Origin: Mycoplasmatota bacterium
Lineage (GTDB): Bacteria > Bacillota_I > Bacilli_A > RF39 > UBA660
Assembly (NCBI GenBank): GCA_012727915.1
Contig: JAAYGD010000040.1
Location: forward strand, 1 to 24,000
Direction: 5' to 3'
Length of the DNA: 24,000 bases
Below are positions 17,192 to 24,000 of this stretch, in pieces. The notes under the pieces were generated by a model. It made no database searches and had not been told where the DNA came from. It saw nothing but the letters and a program-made list of their open reading frames with translations. Each line of letters starts with the position of its first letter. Position 1 is the first letter of the stretch. Position numbers and translations under genes: made by a program.

Positions 17192-17851
17192 ATGGATTTA
17201 ATATATGTACTAATTCCTTTAGTTTTGGTATTTTTATCAAAAAACTATATTAAATCGACATATTCTTTATATGATTCTGTAAAAAGTAGAAAAAATATGA
17301 GTGGATTTAATGCTGCTAAAACAATTGCGGATAAAAATAAATTAAATATTAAAATTGAAAAAACTAGCGGGTATTTAACGGATCATTTTGATCCAAAATT
17401 AAAAGTTGTAAGATTATCTACTAATGTTTATGATAAATCTTCTATTGCGTCTATTGCTATAGCAGCTCATGAATGTGGTCATGTAATTCAACATAAAGAA
17501 GGATATTTTCTTTTAAGATTAAGATCATTTTTAGCGCCTATTGTATCTTTAACATCTACTATTGGTTATATGCTTATTGCTATTGGAGCATTAGCTTCAA
17601 TATCTAATCAAATATTAATAGGAATTATAATAATGGGTGCATCTTTATTATTTCAACTAGTAACTTTACCAGTTGAATTTGATGCATCAAAAAAAGCAAA
17701 GAAAATTTTATTAAAAGAAAACATAATAACAGTAGAAGAATTACCTGGTGTTAATAAAATGCTTCAATCGGCAGCTTTTACATATGTAGCTTCATTTTTG
17801 ACTTCTTTAACTTATTTATTAAGGTTTTTAAGTATGTATAGAAGAAAATAA
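17192..17851 (+). CDS. membrane zinc metallopeptidase (YugP-like, Zn_peptidase_2 family)
   Basis: N-terminal TM, HExxH motif AAHECGHVIQH, and C-terminal TM helices. The ATG lies 1 nt after the cysS stop. Confidence 0.75.
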   Translation: MDLIYVLIPLVLVFLSKNYIKSTYSLYDSVKSRKNMSGFNAAKTIADKNKLNIKIEKTSGYLTDHFDPKLKVVRLSTNVYDKSSIASIAIAAHECGHVIQHKEGYFLLRLRSFLAPIVSLTSTIGYMLIAIGALASISNQILIGIIIMGASLLFQLVTLPVEFDASKKAKKILLKENIITVEELPGVNKMLQSAAFTYVASFLTSLTYLLRFLSMYRRK

Positions 17852-17891
17852 TGTAAAGATTAATTATTATTGGTCTTATAAAACATTTATT

Positions 17892-17900
17892 TGTTATAAT
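17892..17900 (+). promoter_or_regulatory. extended -10 element (TGTTATAAT) upstream of the TGS-kinase/gap unit
   Basis: TG at 17892-17893 and TATAAT at 17895-17900, 23 nt before ATG 17923, with the RBS AGAGGGA between them. A possible -35, TTGGTC at 17870-17875, has non-ideal 19-nt spacing. Such hexamers are common by chance in AT-rich DNA. Confidence 0.35.
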
Positions 17901-17922
17901 TATATAGAATAAAGAGGGAATT

Positions 17923-19560
17923 ATGATTAGATTGACAGTTAATAATAATGATTATGAATTTGAGAAAGGAATTTCTCTTTTTGAAGTAAGTAAAAAATTT
18001 GCTGATGATTTTAAATATGAGATAATTGTAGGTCAAGTTGATGGAGAATTGCATGATTTAAATTATAAATTAGATAATGATTCTAATTTGAAGTTTTATG
18101 ATCTTTCTTCTCATATTGGAAACAAAGTATATGAAAGAGGCTTATTATTTTTATTAATTAAAGCAATTAAAGAATTATATGGATATAATATAAGAGCGTG
18201 TCATTCTATTGATAAGGGAATATTTTGTGAAATATTAGATGGTTCGGTTTTAAAAGAACAAATACCAAAGATTAAAGAGCAAATAGATAAATATGTTAAT
18301 TCAAATATACCTTTTATTAAAGGTACATATAGTAAAGAAGATTCAATTAATTATTTTAATAAAGTGGGAAGACTTGATAAAATTGAATCATTAAAGTATG
18401 TAGTAAAAGATAATTTAGTTTTATACAAATTTATAGATATATTAGATTATTTTTATGGAGTAATGCCTATTAATTCATCTTATATTAAATTTTTTGATAT
18501 TCATTATTTAGATGATAATAGTTTTGTTTTGTTATTACCTAATATTTATATAGGCGGAGAAATTAAACCTTATTCTCATTATGAAGGGGTATTTAATTCA
18601 TTTAGGTCTTTTTCAAATTGGGCAGAAAAACAAGGAATAGTAAATGTTCATGATTTAAATAAAGAAATATCTTTTGGTAGGATTCAAGATTTAATTTATA
18701 TGAATGAAACAAATCAAAATATGAGATTATATAGAATTGCAGAACAAATTAAATCAAAAGAAGAAATTAAATTAGTTTTAATCGCAGGCCCTTCTTCTTC
18801 AGGAAAAACTACAACTTCAAAAAAGCTTGCTATTTATTTAAAAAGTATGGGATTAAAACCACAACCATTATCTGTTGATGATTATTTCAAAGAAAGAGAA
18901 AATAGCCCAAAAGATAAAGAAGGTAAATATGATTTTGAATGTGTTGAAGCTATAGATATAGATTTATTTAATGATCATTTAAAAAAGATATTGAATAATG
19001 AGGAAGTACTTATTCCAACTTTTAATTTTGTAGAAGGTAAAAAAGAATATAAAAATAAAATAAAATTAGATAAAAATGGTATACTTATTATAGAAGGATT
19101 GCATGCGTTAAACGATATCTTAACTTCATCAATTGAAAATAAGCATAAATTTAAAATTTATATATCTCCATTAAGTACATTAGGAATTGATAATTCTAAT
19201 AGAGTATCAACGACAGATTTAAGATTATTAAGAAGAATGGTTAGAGATAATATGAATAGAGGTTATAATGCTTCAAAAACATTGGAGAGTTGGCCTAGTG
19301 TAAGAAAAGGTGAAGAAAAATACGTATTTCCATTTCAAAATAATAATGATGTAGTATTTAATACATCTCTATTATATGAGTTTGGAGTATTAAAGACATA
19401 TGCAGAACCTTTGTTATTCTCTGTAGATAGAGAGGATAAAAATTATAATGAAGCAATAAGATTGATTAATTTGATAATGATGGTATTACCAATCTCTGGA
19501 GTGGAAATACCTAATGATTCAATATTAAGAGAATTTATTGGAAACAGTTATTTTAGATAG
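17923..19560 (+). CDS. TGS-domain / uridine-kinase-like P-loop nucleoside kinase fusion protein
   Basis: The N-terminal ~270 aa resemble the ThrRS N-terminus (TGS-like [21 protein letters not shown]...VDGELHDL). A P-loop ([17 protein letters not shown]) and a uridine/phosphoribulokinase-like core ([10 protein letters not shown]) follow. Confidence 0.7.
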   Translation: MIRLTVNNNDYEFEKGISLFEVSKKFADDFKYEIIVGQVDGELHDLNYKLDNDSNLKFYDLSSHIGNKVYERGLLFLLIKAIKELYGYNIRACHSIDKGIFCEILDGSVLKEQIPKIKEQIDKYVNSNIPFIKGTYSKEDSINYFNKVGRLDKIESLKYVVKDNLVLYKFIDILDYFYGVMPINSSYIKFFDIHYLDDNSFVLLLPNIYIGGEIKPYSHYEGVFNSFRSFSNWAEKQGIVNVHDLNKEISFGRIQDLIYMNETNQNMRLYRIAEQIKSKEEIKLVLIAGPSSSGKTTTSKKLAIYLKSMGLKPQPLSVDDYFKERENSPKDKEGKYDFECVEAIDIDLFNDHLKKILNNEEVLIPTFNFVEGKKEYKNKIKLDKNGILIIEGLHALNDILTSSIENKHKFKIYISPLSTLGIDNSNRVSTTDLRLLRRMVRDNMNRGYNASKTLESWPSVRKGEEKYVFPFQNNNDVVFNTSLLYEFGVLKTYAEPLLFSVDREDKNYNEAIRLINLIMMVLPISGVEIPNDSILREFIGNSYFR

Positions 19561-19571
19561 GAGGGATTATT

Positions 19572-20582
19572 ATGGCTGTGAAAATTGCGATTAATGGATT
19601 TGGAAGGATAGGAAGGTTGGCATTTAGAAGAATGTTTGAAGATAGTGACTTTGAAATAGTTGCTATAAACGATTTAACTGCTGCAGCAACTTTAGCTCAT
19701 TTACTTAAATATGATACTGTTCAAGGAAGGTATAAAGAAAACTCTATAACTTCTACTGATTCATCAATAATAGTAGATGGAAAAGAAATTAAAGTATATT
19801 CTGAAAAAGAACCAACAAATTTACCATGGGGAGAATTGGGAGTAGATATAGTATTTGAATGTACTGGAATCTTTACTTCAACTGAACAATGTAATTATCA
19901 TATTCAAGCTGGTGCTAAGAGAGTAATTTTGTCTGCGCCTGGAAAAGATGAGGATATGAAAACTGTAGTATATAATGTTAATCATGATATTCTTGATGGA
20001 ACTGAAAAAGTAATATCTGCAGCAAGTTGTACAACAAATTGTTTAGCGCCTATGACAAAAGTAATGAATGATACTTTTGGCATTCAATATGGAATGATGA
20101 CCACTATTCATGCGTATACTAATGATCAAAACACTTTAGATGCTCCTCATAAAAAAAATTTAAGAAGAGCAAGAGCTGCCGCTGAAAACATTATACCTAA
20201 TTCAACTGGTGCTGCTAAAGCAATAGGATTAGTAATTCCAGAATTAAATGGTTTATTAGATGGTGGAGCTCAAAGAGTGCCTGTTCCAACAGGATCGCTT
20301 ACTGAGTTAACTTGTATTCTTTCAAGAGAAGTAACAAAAGATGAAATTAATCAAACTATGAAAGCTGCTTCAAGTGAAACGTTTGGATATACTGAGGACG
20401 AAATAGTATCATCTGATGTAATTGGTACAACTGTTGGATCTTTATTTGATGCTACTCAAACTAAGGTATTAAAAACACCAAAAGGTCAAATGGTTAAAGT
20501 AGTATCTTGGTATGATAACGAAATGGGTTATACTTGCCAAATGATTAGACTTGCTAAGTATATTAATAAATTTAATAATTAA
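19572..20582 (+). CDS. gap: glyceraldehyde-3-phosphate dehydrogenase, type I
   Basis: INGFGRIGR, catalytic SCTTNCLAP and WYDNEMGY. The RBS GGAGGGA overlaps the upstream stop. Confidence 0.95.
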   Translation: MAVKIAINGFGRIGRLAFRRMFEDSDFEIVAINDLTAAATLAHLLKYDTVQGRYKENSITSTDSSIIVDGKEIKVYSEKEPTNLPWGELGVDIVFECTGIFTSTEQCNYHIQAGAKRVILSAPGKDEDMKTVVYNVNHDILDGTEKVISAASCTTNCLAPMTKVMNDTFGIQYGMMTTIHAYTNDQNTLDAPHKKNLRRARAAAENIIPNSTGAAKAIGLVIPELNGLLDGGAQRVPVPTGSLTELTCILSREVTKDEINQTMKAASSETFGYTEDEIVSSDVIGTTVGSLFDATQTKVLKTPKGQMVKVVSWYDNEMGYTCQMIRLAKYINKFNN

Positions 20583-20607
20583 GTAGATTATATATCTACT
20601 TTTTTTT
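20581..20607 (+). terminator. intrinsic terminator after gap
   Basis: AAGTAGAT (20581-20588) pairs with ATCTACTT (20594-20601) with a 5-nt loop. The T-run spans 20601-20607, its first T being the last stem base. The stem starts within the gap stop codon. Confidence 0.65.
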
Positions 20608-20608
20608 A

Positions 20609-20637
20609 TTAACATACTCATGTTTGTTTGGTATAAT
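20609..20637 (+). promoter_or_regulatory. candidate promoter for pgk-tpiA
   Basis: -35 TTAACA (20609-20614), 17-nt spacer, TG at 20629-20630, and -10 TATAAT (20632-20637). Caveat: the predicted transcript start would fall right at the GGAGG RBS (20644-20648), giving a very short leader. Confidence 0.35.
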
Positions 20638-20652
20638 ATATATGGAGGTTAT

Positions 20653-21837
20653 ATGAAAAAAACAATAGTTGATTTTTCTTTAAATGGAAAAAAGGTAATA
20701 ATTAGGTGCGATTTAAACGTTCCTATGGAAAATGGAGTCATAACTGATGAAACAAGAATAGTAGAAAGTTTAGAGACAATTAAATTTGCATCTTCTGCTG
20801 GAGCAAGAATAATTATAATGTCTCATTTAGGAAGAGTAAAAACAGAAGAGGACAAAAAAACTAACTCTTTATTGCCTGTTGCAAAAAGGTTAAGTGAATT
20901 GTTAAATAAGGAAGTAAAATTTATTCCAAGCACTAGAGGAATGGAATTAGAGATTGCAATTAATGCTTTAGAAAGCGGTAACATTTTAATGATGGAAAAC
21001 ACAAGATTTGAAGATTTAGATGGAGAAAAAGAAAGTAAATGTGATGAAGAATTGAGTAAATATTGGGCTTCTTTAGGAGAAATATTTATTAATGATGCAT
21101 TTGGTACTGCTCATAGAAAACATGCTTCTAATGTTGGTATAGCTAGTATATTACCAAATGGAATTGGGTTTTTAATTAAGAAAGAGTTGGATACGTTGGG
21201 TTCTGCAATTAACAATCCAAAAAGACCTCTTGTAATTATTTTGGGAGGAAAAAAAGTTGCGGATAAACTTGCTGTAATTGAGCATGCAGTTAAAATAGCG
21301 GATCATGTATTAATTGGTGGAGGAATGTCTTATACGTTCTTCAAAGCATTAGGTTACAACATTGGAGCATCAGTAGTAGATGATGCTAGTTTAGATTTTT
21401 GTAAAAGAATTTATGAAGAAAATAAAGATAAAATCATTTTACCAATTGACATAGTTGTAGGGACTTCGTTTACAAATGAAACTAATTCTAGATTGGTAGA
21501 TATTAAAAATATTGGGAATTATGATATGGGTCTTGATATTGGAGTTGGTACTATTAATATTTTCAAAAAAATTCTATTAGATGCCAAAACAGTAATATGG
21601 AATGGACCGGTTGGTGTATTTGAGTTAGAAAAATTTTCAACAGGTACAAGAAAAGTTTGCGAAATACTTGCTAGTATAAATGCAAACGTAATAATTGGAG
21701 GAGGAGACTCTGCTGCAGCAGTAACTAAGTTTGGGTTCAAAAATAAATATTCTCATATTTCAACTGGTGGAGGAGCATCTCTTGAGATGTTAGAAGGCAA
21801 AGAACTTCCTGGAATTGCAATTATATCGGAGAAATAA
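20653..21837 (+). CDS. pgk: phosphoglycerate kinase
   Basis: Start at ATG 20653 after GGAGG, not ORF-track 20620. Motifs are RCDLNVP, FGTAHR, GGGDSAAAV and STGGGASLE. Confidence 0.95.
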   Translation: MKKTIVDFSLNGKKVIIRCDLNVPMENGVITDETRIVESLETIKFASSAGARIIIMSHLGRVKTEEDKKTNSLLPVAKRLSELLNKEVKFIPSTRGMELEIAINALESGNILMMENTRFEDLDGEKESKCDEELSKYWASLGEIFINDAFGTAHRKHASNVGIASILPNGIGFLIKKELDTLGSAINNPKRPLVIILGGKKVADKLAVIEHAVKIADHVLIGGGMSYTFFKALGYNIGASVVDDASLDFCKRIYEENKDKIILPIDIVVGTSFTNETNSRLVDIKNIGNYDMGLDIGVGTINIFKKILLDAKTVIWNGPVGVFELEKFSTGTRKVCEILASINANVIIGGGDSAAAVTKFGFKNKYSHISTGGGASLEMLEGKELPGIAIISEK

Positions 21838-21838
21838 T

Positions 21839-22540
21839 ATGAAAAAAATTATAGTTGCTAATCTTAAGATGAATTTTGGTTTAGATGAAGCTATTAATTA
21901 TAAGAATAGTATAAATGAAAAATTTGACAATTTAATAGTGTGCCCCCCATATATATATTTAAGAGATATGATAAGTGATAATTATATAATTGGTTCTCAA
22001 GATGGTTATTACATAGATAAAGGAGCATATACTGGAGAGATATCTTTTAATCAACTTAATAGTATTGGAGTAAAATATTCAATAATCGGTCACAGTGAAA
22101 GAAGACATAAATTGTTTGAAGATAACAAAATTGTAAAAGATAAGTATGTTGCGTGTTTAAATAATAATATTACCCCAATATTATGTGTTGGAGAAACTTT
22201 AGAAGAAAGACAAAATAATAAAACACTTGAAATAATAAGATTTCAACTTGAAAGTATATTCAAAGATTATAAAATTGAGAATGTTATCATTGCGTATGAA
22301 CCGGTTTGGGCAATAGGAACAAATGTTACACCCACTTTAATTGAGATAGAAGAAGTTCATCAAAATATTAAAAATATAATGAATGAATTAAATATAGAAA
22401 CAAAAATATTGTATGGAGGAAGTGTTAATATTAATAATATAGAAACTTTCTCAAAATCTAATTATATAGATGGATTCTTAATTGGTTCTGCTTCGTTAGA
22501 TCCAAATAATTTAATGAAAATGATAAAAATAACAATGTAA
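21839..22540 (+). CDS. tpiA: triose-phosphate isomerase
   Basis: Start at ATG 21839, 1 nt after the pgk stop, with GGAG 7 nt upstream. Motifs are ANLKMN (Asn/Lys catalytic), IGHSERR, AYEPVWAIGT and YGGSV. Confidence 0.9.
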   Translation: MKKIIVANLKMNFGLDEAINYKNSINEKFDNLIVCPPYIYLRDMISDNYIIGSQDGYYIDKGAYTGEISFNQLNSIGVKYSIIGHSERRHKLFEDNKIVKDKYVACLNNNITPILCVGETLEERQNNKTLEIIRFQLESIFKDYKIENVIIAYEPVWAIGTNVTPTLIEIEEVHQNIKNIMNELNIETKILYGGSVNINNIETFSKSNYIDGFLIGSASLDPNNLMKMIKITM

Positions 22541-22577
22541 ATAGGAATGTATAATAACAAAATTCCTATTTTATTAT
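22539..22577 (+). terminator. intrinsic terminator after tpiA
   Basis: AAATAGGAAT (22539-22548) pairs with ATTCCTATTT (22562-22571) with a 13-nt loop. A T-rich tail follows. Confidence 0.5.
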
Positions 22578-22588
22578 GGTCTTAATTG

Positions 22589-22597
22589 TGTTATAAA
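22589..22597 (+). promoter_or_regulatory. extended -10 element (TGTTATAAA) upstream of the 119-aa ORF
   Basis: TG at 22589-22590 and TATAAA at 22592-22597. It lies between the tpiA terminator and the RBS AGGTGA (22607-22612). I see no convincing -35. Confidence 0.3.
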
Positions 22598-22616
22598 AAA
22601 TATAGTAGGTGATAGT

Positions 22617-22976
22617 ATGCGTGAGTTTTATGGTGATATGAAACAAAGTATTTTTGAATTCTCAATTTACAGTAATATTATTACTGTTTTAGATATAAAT
22701 AAACTTAAAACGTATAAGGAGGCTCCTCCAGAATATAAAAAAGATTTTGATGATAGCATTTTGGGCGGAAGAACTATGAGTGTTTCTAAATCAAAAACAA
22801 AAAGATTAGAATCTCCTTTTGCTGGTTCTTCTGAATTTGGTGGAGAGCAAGAAATAACTCAAATATTTGATTTGTCAAAAAATATAGAAGAAACAAACAA
22901 TATCAAACAAGAAAACAATAGTCCTTATTATTATAAGCCTAGTTATATAGATCCAATTGATAGTTTTATCGCTTAA
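22617..22976 (+). CDS. hypothetical protein (119 aa), no recognisable family
   Basis: Good RBS (AGGTGA) 5 nt upstream, and its own flanking terminators on both sides. There is no TM helix or signal peptide. The C-terminal two-thirds are polar and low-complexity (SKSKTKRLESPFAGSSEFGGEQE...NNSPYYYKPSY). Confidence 0.4.
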   Translation: MREFYGDMKQSIFEFSIYSNIITVLDINKLKTYKEAPPEYKKDFDDSILGGRTMSVSKSKTKRLESPFAGSSEFGGEQEITQIFDLSKNIEETNNIKQENNSPYYYKPSYIDPIDSFIA

Positions 22977-22978
22977 AG

Positions 22979-23001
22979 ATGTAGTTTACTACATTTTTTT
23001 T
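22979..23001 (+). terminator. intrinsic terminator after the 119-aa ORF, abutting the spo0A-like RBS
   Basis: ATGTAG (22979-22984), loop TTTA, then CTACAT (22989-22994), followed by a 7-nt T-run to 23001. GAGGT (23002-23006) and ATG 23010 follow immediately. Confidence 0.55.
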
Positions 23002-23009
23002 GAGGTTAT

Positions 23010-23726
23010 ATGATTAAATTGTTAATTATTGAACAAAAAAATATGATTAAAAAGTTAAGTTTGTATTTTGAAAAAAATAAAGATTTTTTTCTAAGCTTTA
23101 TTATTGATGATGGTTTGATTGGATTAAATTATATAATAAATAACATGAATAAATATGATGTCGTTATTATGGATATGGTAATTAAAAATAAAGACGGAAT
23201 AAGTATATTAAAAGAAATGGATAATAGAAATATTTATAAACCAGTAATAATAAGTACCAGCTTTTATTCTGAAAGTGTTATTAATGAAGCTTCAAATTAT
23301 AATGTTTGTGCTTATTTATTGAAACCTTATGATATTAAAGATTTGGAAAACAAAATAAAAGAAACTTTAAAAAAAGAAAAATGCTATAAAGTATTAAACG
23401 AAAATATAATTAAAATATTACATGGTTTAGGTATTCCTTCTTGTTATAAAGGATATAAATATTTAAAAGAAGCTATAAACATTTGTTGTAAAAAAACGGA
23501 ATATTTAATAACAAAAGATATATATAGTGAATTAGCAAATAAACATAATGTAAGTGTTTCTTCAATAGAAAGAGCAATTAGTAGAGTTATTGAGGTTGGT
23601 TTTAATAGAAATGATTGTGATTTTGTTGAAGAAGTGTTTGGGAATACAATTAATTTTGATAGAGGGAGCCCAACCAATTTGGAATTTATTGATACTGTTG
23701 TAGAAAGACTAAATATAATTAAATAA
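23010..23726 (+). CDS. spo0A: Spo0A-family response regulator (receiver plus Spo0A C-terminal DNA-binding domain) with an atypical receiver
   Basis: The C-terminal half matches Spo0A_C hallmarks: [31 protein letters not shown] and SPTNLEFI. The receiver keeps the acceptor Asp (VVIMDMV), Ser/Thr (IISTSF) and Lys (LLKPYD), but has EQ where the DD pair is expected (LLIIEQKN). RBS is GAGGT. Confidence 0.7.
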   Translation: MIKLLIIEQKNMIKKLSLYFEKNKDFFLSFIIDDGLIGLNYIINNMNKYDVVIMDMVIKNKDGISILKEMDNRNIYKPVIISTSFYSESVINEASNYNVCAYLLKPYDIKDLENKIKETLKKEKCYKVLNENIIKILHGLGIPSCYKGYKYLKEAINICCKKTEYLITKDIYSELANKHNVSVSSIERAISRVIEVGFNRNDCDFVEEVFGNTINFDRGSPTNLEFIDTVVERLNIIK

Positions 23727-23755
23727 CATATGATATAATTATAATGGTGATGAAT

Positions 23756-24000
23756 ATGAATAAAGTAATGCTTATAATATTAGATGGTGTTGGTTATAGA
23801 GAAGAAGAATATGGAAATGCTTTTAAACAAGCAAATACTCCAAATCTTGATTATTTATATAATGAATATCCTCATTGTTTAATTGATGCTTCTGAAAGAC
23901 ATGTAGGTTTACCTGATGGTCAGATGGGCAATAGTGAAGTTGGTCACATGAATATTGGAGCTGGTAGAATTGTATTCCAACAACTTCAATTAATTAATGA
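23756..24000 (+). CDS. gpmI: 2,3-bisphosphoglycerate-independent phosphoglycerate mutase (5' part, truncated by the window end)
   Basis: Absent from the ORF track because it runs off the window. My translation from ATG 23756 reads [32 protein letters not shown]...[21 protein letters not shown], the iPGM N-terminus including the catalytic Ser region. In-frame ATG 23744 and 23750 are alternative starts. Confidence 0.9.
   Translation, partial: MNKVMLIILDGVGYREEEYGNAFKQANTPNLDYLYNEYPHCLIDASERHVGLPDGQMGNSEVGHMNIGAGRIVFQQLQLIN

Noticed and set aside
21839-21880. TPI N-terminal motif ANLKMN instead of the usual GNWKMN, considered as a sign of a pseudo-enzyme.
   Set aside because: The catalytic Asn and Lys, His (IGHSERR) and Glu (YEPVWAIGT) are all present. 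The Gly-to-Ala and Trp-to-Leu changes are conservative sequence drift in a divergent AT-rich lineage.
79-23677. Sixteen minus-strand ORFs of 61-146 aa in the track: 79-267, 4552-4992, 5146-5331, 5705-5953, 6058-6336, 7430-7627, 8491-8778, 8911-9132, 9331-9579, 9874-10272, 11977-12204, 13671-13967, 14142-14375, 14427-14663, 21519-21740 and 23444-23677.
   Set aside because: Each lies antisense, wholly or largely, to a + strand gene with strong family motifs. Their translations are low-complexity (I/F/L/S/N-rich) with no recognisable motifs or RBS. Long antisense ORFs are expected in AT-rich coding DNA. Only lemA (10419-10976) is a convincing minus-strand gene.
23731-23739. TGATATAAT extended -10 just upstream of gpmI, considered as an independent gpmI promoter.
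   Set aside because: I did not call it as a feature. The transcript would start about 10 nt before the ATG, at or within the RBS, and such hexamers arise often by chance at this AT content. It remains a caveat for the co-transcription idea.
22541-23755. The tpiA-gpmI insert as a mobile element or genomic islet.
   Set aside because: I found no integrase, transposase, or flanking direct or inverted repeats. Composition looks the same as the surroundings. The similar GGTGAT strings before both flanking ATGs are simply ribosome-binding sites.

Overview
This is a very AT-rich window (about one-quarter G+C by eye, not computed) and it is tightly packed with genes. It looks like chromosome from a low-GC Firmicute, probably Clostridia-like. 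The evidence is a Spo0A C-terminal domain, a sortase, dusB-lysS synteny and a gap-pgk-tpiA-gpmI cluster. The standard bacterial code applies: Trp is TGG, and TGA terminates gmk, the 521-aa membrane protein, pduL and the DUF1450 gene. I call 26 CDS, 25 of them on the + strand; lemA is the only minus-strand gene, and the last CDS (gpmI) runs off the window end. Most of the window is housekeeping: gmk, a class-V cysteine desulfurase, mscL, typA, pduL, dusB, lysS, cysS, gap, pgk, tpiA and gpmI. I saw no rRNA, tRNA, CRISPR array, transposase, integrase or phage gene. All intergenic gaps are under 100 nt, so there is no large unexplained non-coding stretch. Three places deserve a second look. (1) Region 2791-8511 has no recognisable terminator. 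It links a cysteine desulfurase, a WCPGC thioredoxin, a fusion of a secreted CPHC Trx-fold with a CcdA/DsbD-like membrane domain, MscL, a thioester-domain (Cys...TQxxIW) surface adhesin with a non-canonical LPQLY C-terminus, a minimal sortase overlapping it by 37 nt, and a TetR regulator. (2) A 1.2-kb two-gene insert splits tpiA from gpmI. It carries an orphan 119-aa protein and a Spo0A-family regulator whose receiver has EQ in place of the conserved DD acidic pair. (3) A stand-alone PduL is translationally coupled to a 4-Cys DUF1450 protein. All family assignments come from motif recognition by eye; no HMM or BLAST search was run. Start codons were chosen by inspecting for ribosome-binding sites.
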